From NCBI GenBank assembly GCA_043228905.1, contig JBHGNT010000014.1, forward strand, positions 15,624,001-15,688,000: DNA of 64,000 bases, written 5' to 3'. This stretch comes from Azolla caroliniana (Eukaryota > Plantae > Polypodiophyta). Position numbers and translations under genes: made by a program. The notes beneath the pieces are model-generated. The model saw only the letters and a program-made list of their open reading frames with translations, made no database searches and had not been told where the DNA came from. This document shows, piece by piece, positions 59,685-64,000 of the stretch. Every line of letters begins with the position of its first letter. The stretch's first letter is position 1.

Positions 59685-62600
59685 TCACAAGAGGGGGCGC
59701 CGATATGGAACAAATCCAGACCTTGGACTGACAGTGAATTTAACCACTTTTCTATCATTGTCTTCTTGCACATGGAGGCTGGTACTTCCCGAGACCTCAC
59801 CTTCGTCCTCGACATATCTCGTTGGGAGTTCGCAAGTGATGCTATATTGACAATCTTTAGTTTGAACAGCTACAGTATCATCAACCATCAGCGTTGCATG
59901 GTTCTGACAAGGCAGTGTTCTTTGTACATGTTTGTCCATAATGGTTGCATTATTGGCCTGACAATCGCACACGGTCGGGAATGTTTGAGGTAGATTTTTG
60001 TTGTCAAACAGAGCTCGGAAAGCCTTGCGCCCCTGCATGCAATTTGCTAGTTAGTTACAAGAAGGAGAATGAGTGGTAAACAAACCCTACAACCTTAGCC
60101 CCGCTAGAAAGCGGCTACTTCTAGCTTCTGGTTTACAATGGAGTGTGCCATTTCTACTCCCCCCCAGTAGAATATAAAGCACAAGGTGAATGGTAACTTC
60201 TCAGTTTTGACTTGTTTTTCTCATATATTAGATGTGCATTGTATAACCCTCTTATTAGCAAAAGAGAAATGGTTATTAAGGAAGCACATGGTGAATGGTA
60301 ACTTCTCAGTTTTGACTTGTTTTTCTCATATATTAGATGTGCATTGCATAACCCTCTTATTAGCAAAAGAGAAAGGGTTATTAAGACAGCTCAAAGTATG
60401 TGAATACAAGAAAGAAAAGTGGTACGACTAAGGAACAAACTCTACCTCAATGCATGTATAGCTCCATTCTTAAAAAACAGAAAGGCAAAAAAATATAAAA
60501 GAGCAGGGGCAGTAAGATATTATATCATATTATTATTACCTCTTCTGAAACCTCTTTCCAAGAATCCATATCATGAGCAGAACCTTTAATTCGTTTCGGG
60601 TCTTCGAGGCTTCCTTGCTTACAATCTTTTTGCTGATGCCTTTTTCTTTTTTCTATTTCCTTGAACCTTATCTTAGGGCAACGACGTTCTGTACCGGAAT
60701 CCGCTTCTTGATGATGGTTCTTTTCAGAGGAAGCATCATTGTCTCTTATTGTAGTTTCAAGGTAGCTGGGCATCATTTCAGCTTCACTGAGATTACCTCC
60801 ATCCAATGGGGTGTTCGAACCACTCGATGATCCATCCCTCAATCTTTTGCCCCCATCTTCAAATTCGTCAATTGACGTGCAGTGGCTATGTTGTGCTTGA
60901 TCACTAGCATCCATCCCTGCATCACTCTCATTGACAGATTGCTCTATCAATATATTTTCTTCTTCATGAGTTTCCATATCATGAGGAGGGTTATCATCAC
61001 TGTCTTCTAAGTATCCATTCTTCTCTCCATGCTCTATGTCATCATTTTTTGCTACATCTGATAAGTTTTTGGTTTGCAATTCCTGTGCCATCACCTCATT
61101 GGGACATTTTATATTCTTCATATTAGGTGTTTCATACACATTAACAGAACTAGCTAGCTCTTTTTCACAAGAGTTATCAGTTGAAGAATTTTGCTTAAAA
61201 CCCCTTTGATCCAACCATGGTGCAAAATATCTCCCATCTGCATAAGATGGTAAACAATGGACCTCCTTGCTACTGATTGGAATGGATCCCTGAGATCCTG
61301 CCACTAATCCTGTCCAGTTTGCAACCATTTGCGCCATTGCTGCTGAATGGAATGGATGATTCATCATAGGTGAAGCTTGCATAAAAGGCCAACATGCCAT
61401 AGGGTTGGTCGGAACCATCTTTGCAGGGAAACCATGAGCTGTATACTGAGGCCCGAGAAATCCACTATAGTAGCGGAAAAGGTTTTCAATCCACACACTC
61501 ATTGGGTTGTTAGGGTTGTCTTCCTTAAGAAATTGTGAGCTCATTGAGGAACCATTGTCACCAAAAGAATCCACTTTACAATTTTCAGCTTGATTTAGAT
61601 TCTTACAATTCTCTGATATAAAGTTCCCCTCAAAGGCAGATTGAGAATCTTCAGCAGCACTGACTTCATTGGTAGAAAATTCCACAACTGATTCTTCTGT
61701 GGCATCTATGGTAGTGGTTCCTGAGTTATTTCCATTTTGGTGCAAGGGTAAAGATTCTTTTAAAACAGTCGGATTCCTTTGAACCCTTACAAATGGGGAT
61801 GGACCCTCATTGTGACACAAATTAACTATAGTAGCCTGTATATTGTGCAGCTGTGATATTCCATCTTCCTTGACTAAATGTCTCTTTGGGTTTACGGGCT
61901 TGTGCACAGGGGGGACGATGACTGTCTGGTCAAATAGGTTCACATCCAAGCAATGGCCCGTTCTAAGAGGATTCTGATGTGTAGTAATGGTGGCTGCATC
62001 CAGTTGAGAATATCGCTTATTGATGCATGGCGTATATGCTATAGACTTAAATCAATAAGTGGAAAATGATGTGATTAGAAGACAATATAGATATATAAAC
62101 CCTGAACTATAAAAAGATAATCGACAATTGAATAATGATGTTGGTACCTCAGGTTGCCTATTCACTTCTTCTACAGATGGATTATATCCCGCCTTTTTGG
62201 GATATGGATGACTCGGCTTCCTTTTGGGGCGTGGCGGTGGGAAATCGATATCTTCTACTTTCCCAGCTAAGTCTCCAGATGACACACCACGTTCTAGCTG
62301 TAGCATCCAACAAAAGGAGCTAGTGAAATGGTTGAGTACAGTTTAATACACATAATACTGCATATCTTAAGTACTGAATTCGATACATGAGAACAAGACA
62401 ACAGCACTGGAGCTCGGCTTGGCTCATTCAGAACAATCAGAAATATTCTTGGAACCCATTAAGAGAATGCAATTGCTGTCACAATGCATTCATGAATATT
62501 GGAGAGTAAGGCATGATTGAGGTCACACAATTCAAAATTGTGAATATAACTTGGCTGTATTCTGTGTCAAGGGTTATGCACTATTTGGTAGCTCTTTGGA

Positions 62601-63788
62601 CTCTACAACTTCATAATCACGATCATAACACGGCTTTTTTTAACTGCAAATCAGTTTGATGGATATTTACTCTTCCATGAGCAAACGTTCATTGATATTT
62701 CTTTTCCCACATTCAAACATAAGAAGAGCAAACTACCACCGAAATGACGATAGTTTTTTTGTGTGCAAAATATCAAAGCCATGGCCCTGAAAGCCCCATT
62801 CAGAAAGCCTGGTGGAAATTCAAATTAACAGATAATTTTGATCTTTCAGTCAAATATGGATGGAAAACCTTAGAGAAAAACTTTTGAGCATGACTTCGGA
62901 TTTGGACAGCAGTCTTGGTACCGATATGCTCTGCATGGAACATCAATGTATCGTTAATTTTTTGTATCTAAGCTTGTCCCTTGAATCAATAAGTATATCC
63001 CTTAAAGAGTAACTGCAAGTGAGTGAATGAATAAGTGCAAATTTAAGGCAGCCCTTTGAATCAATACATATATACCTTCATAAGATGAAAATAGTGTTGG
63101 ATTATAAATTAGGGAAGTGACAGGAAATGAGTGAATGAATGACTGCAAATCTAGTATATACAAGACGTGCACCTTAAGGAACATAGATTTATAAACCAAT
63201 TTTATGCATGGTGTGGACTATATTTGACAACTGTATGGCCATCAGAAAACCAAGTATTTAAGTAATAGCATATGAGTCACAACATTGAGTCTCTATCAAC
63301 CCTCATGAAAGTGATAAGCGAAGTGAAAAATAGAATATCTAAGAGAAAGGCCTTTCAAAAAACATATAAGCTTCATATTCATCATATAAAGAAAGAAGAT
63401 TGAGATTGATTGCCTCCCCTGATCCCCATGCCGTATGCTATTACTAAGACAACTAAGAACCTGAAGGAGAAATTGTAAAACAAATACCTTTGATTCTCCG
63501 CCATGCTCGTCCATAAAGTTTTAAGGCCTCAAGGAATTTTTTATGTTCATCTTCTGTCCATCTTTCCCTTTGTTTTGTTATAGTATATGGCTTCCTCACC
63601 TATGTATAAATAAATTAATCATTGACTAACTCCTTTTCTGAATCAGATGTAATAATGAAACATGTATTTCAGATGGAAACTTCACGCACTTTTAGATTAA
63701 CTTCATCTCCAGAGGATGAGACATCAGCAATAATCAATCTCTCACGTACTGGTAACTTCATACAATTGGTCGTGATCGATGATTCCAT
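59685..63788 (-). CDS. CCA1/LHY/REVEILLE-family single-Myb (SHAQKF) circadian clock transcription factor, 6 exons, ~758 aa
   Basis: Exons 63788-63690, 63599-63488 ([36 protein letters not shown]), 62930-62869 ([20 protein letters not shown]), 62297-62148 ([19 protein letters not shown]), 62045-60540 (...SWKEVSEE) and 60032-59685 (GRKAFRALF...GFVPYRR). All GT-AG and phase-consistent. LHY/CCA1 versus RVE1/2 orthology is unresolved. Confidence 0.93.
60177..60385 (+). repeat. 105-bp tandem duplication in the last intron of the clock gene
   Basis: AAGCACAWGGTGAATGGTAACTTCTCAG... at 60177 and 60282. Confidence 0.92.
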
Positions 63789-63806
63789 TTTCCACTGGTC
63801 TCTAAT

Positions 63807-63965
63807 ATCAGCAGGCTGCAAATAAAACATAAATAGTAGCATGAGCACATCCTATCTCAATTAGCACATGTGGAAAAATGGTACCATCAGCAGGCTGCAA
63901 ATAAAAGATAAATAGTAGCATGAGTACATCCTATCACAATTAGCACATGCGAAAAAACGGGTATC
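63807..63965 (+). repeat. 79-bp tandem duplication just upstream of the clock gene ATG
   Basis: ATCAGCAGGCTGCAAATAAAA... at 63807 and 63886. Confidence 0.9.
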
Positions 63966-64000
63966 ACTCACAAAGAGCAAAATTAAAGACTCTAGATCGA

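Noticed and set aside
60525-61949. Stand-alone 474-aa gene
   Set aside because: It is exon 5 of the CCA1/LHY/RVE gene; SWKEVSEE splices to GRKAFRALF.

Overview
Eukaryotic land-plant nuclear DNA, probably a seed-free plant such as a fern or lycophyte (inferred from the TE repertoire). About 59 kb is nested transposable elements and the last ~4.3 kb is one intact host gene, a six-exon CCA1/LHY/REVEILLE-type single-Myb clock factor on the minus strand (59685-63788). From left to right: (1) 1-7210 is the right part of a large putative DNA transposon, possibly Sola2-like. It has a transposase-like C-terminus, two spliced cargo genes (a degenerate NIF/FCP1 phosphatase-like protein and a RING-finger protein) and arrays of the palindrome TAGCTAATTAGCTA, and it abuts a 5'-interrupted LINE. 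(2) Two inverted copies of an RTE-X-like LINE (7211-10667 +, 43232-46091 -) bracket (3) one old Copia element (10670-43129 -) inflated to ~32 kb by nested insertions up to four levels deep. (4) Most of the invaders belong to one non-chromoviral Ty3/gypsy family. It has TGTCGTG...CACGACA termini, a tRNA-Trp PBS, 4-bp target duplications that all read RCGN, a -1 frameshift after the protease, a conserved pre-PPT hairpin, tRNA-like A/B-box cassettes in some LTRs and a non-autonomous mini derivative. (5) Also present are two young Copia elements and a decayed chromovirus, each with a perfect 5-bp TSD. All family names come from motif recognition by eye; no searches were run.
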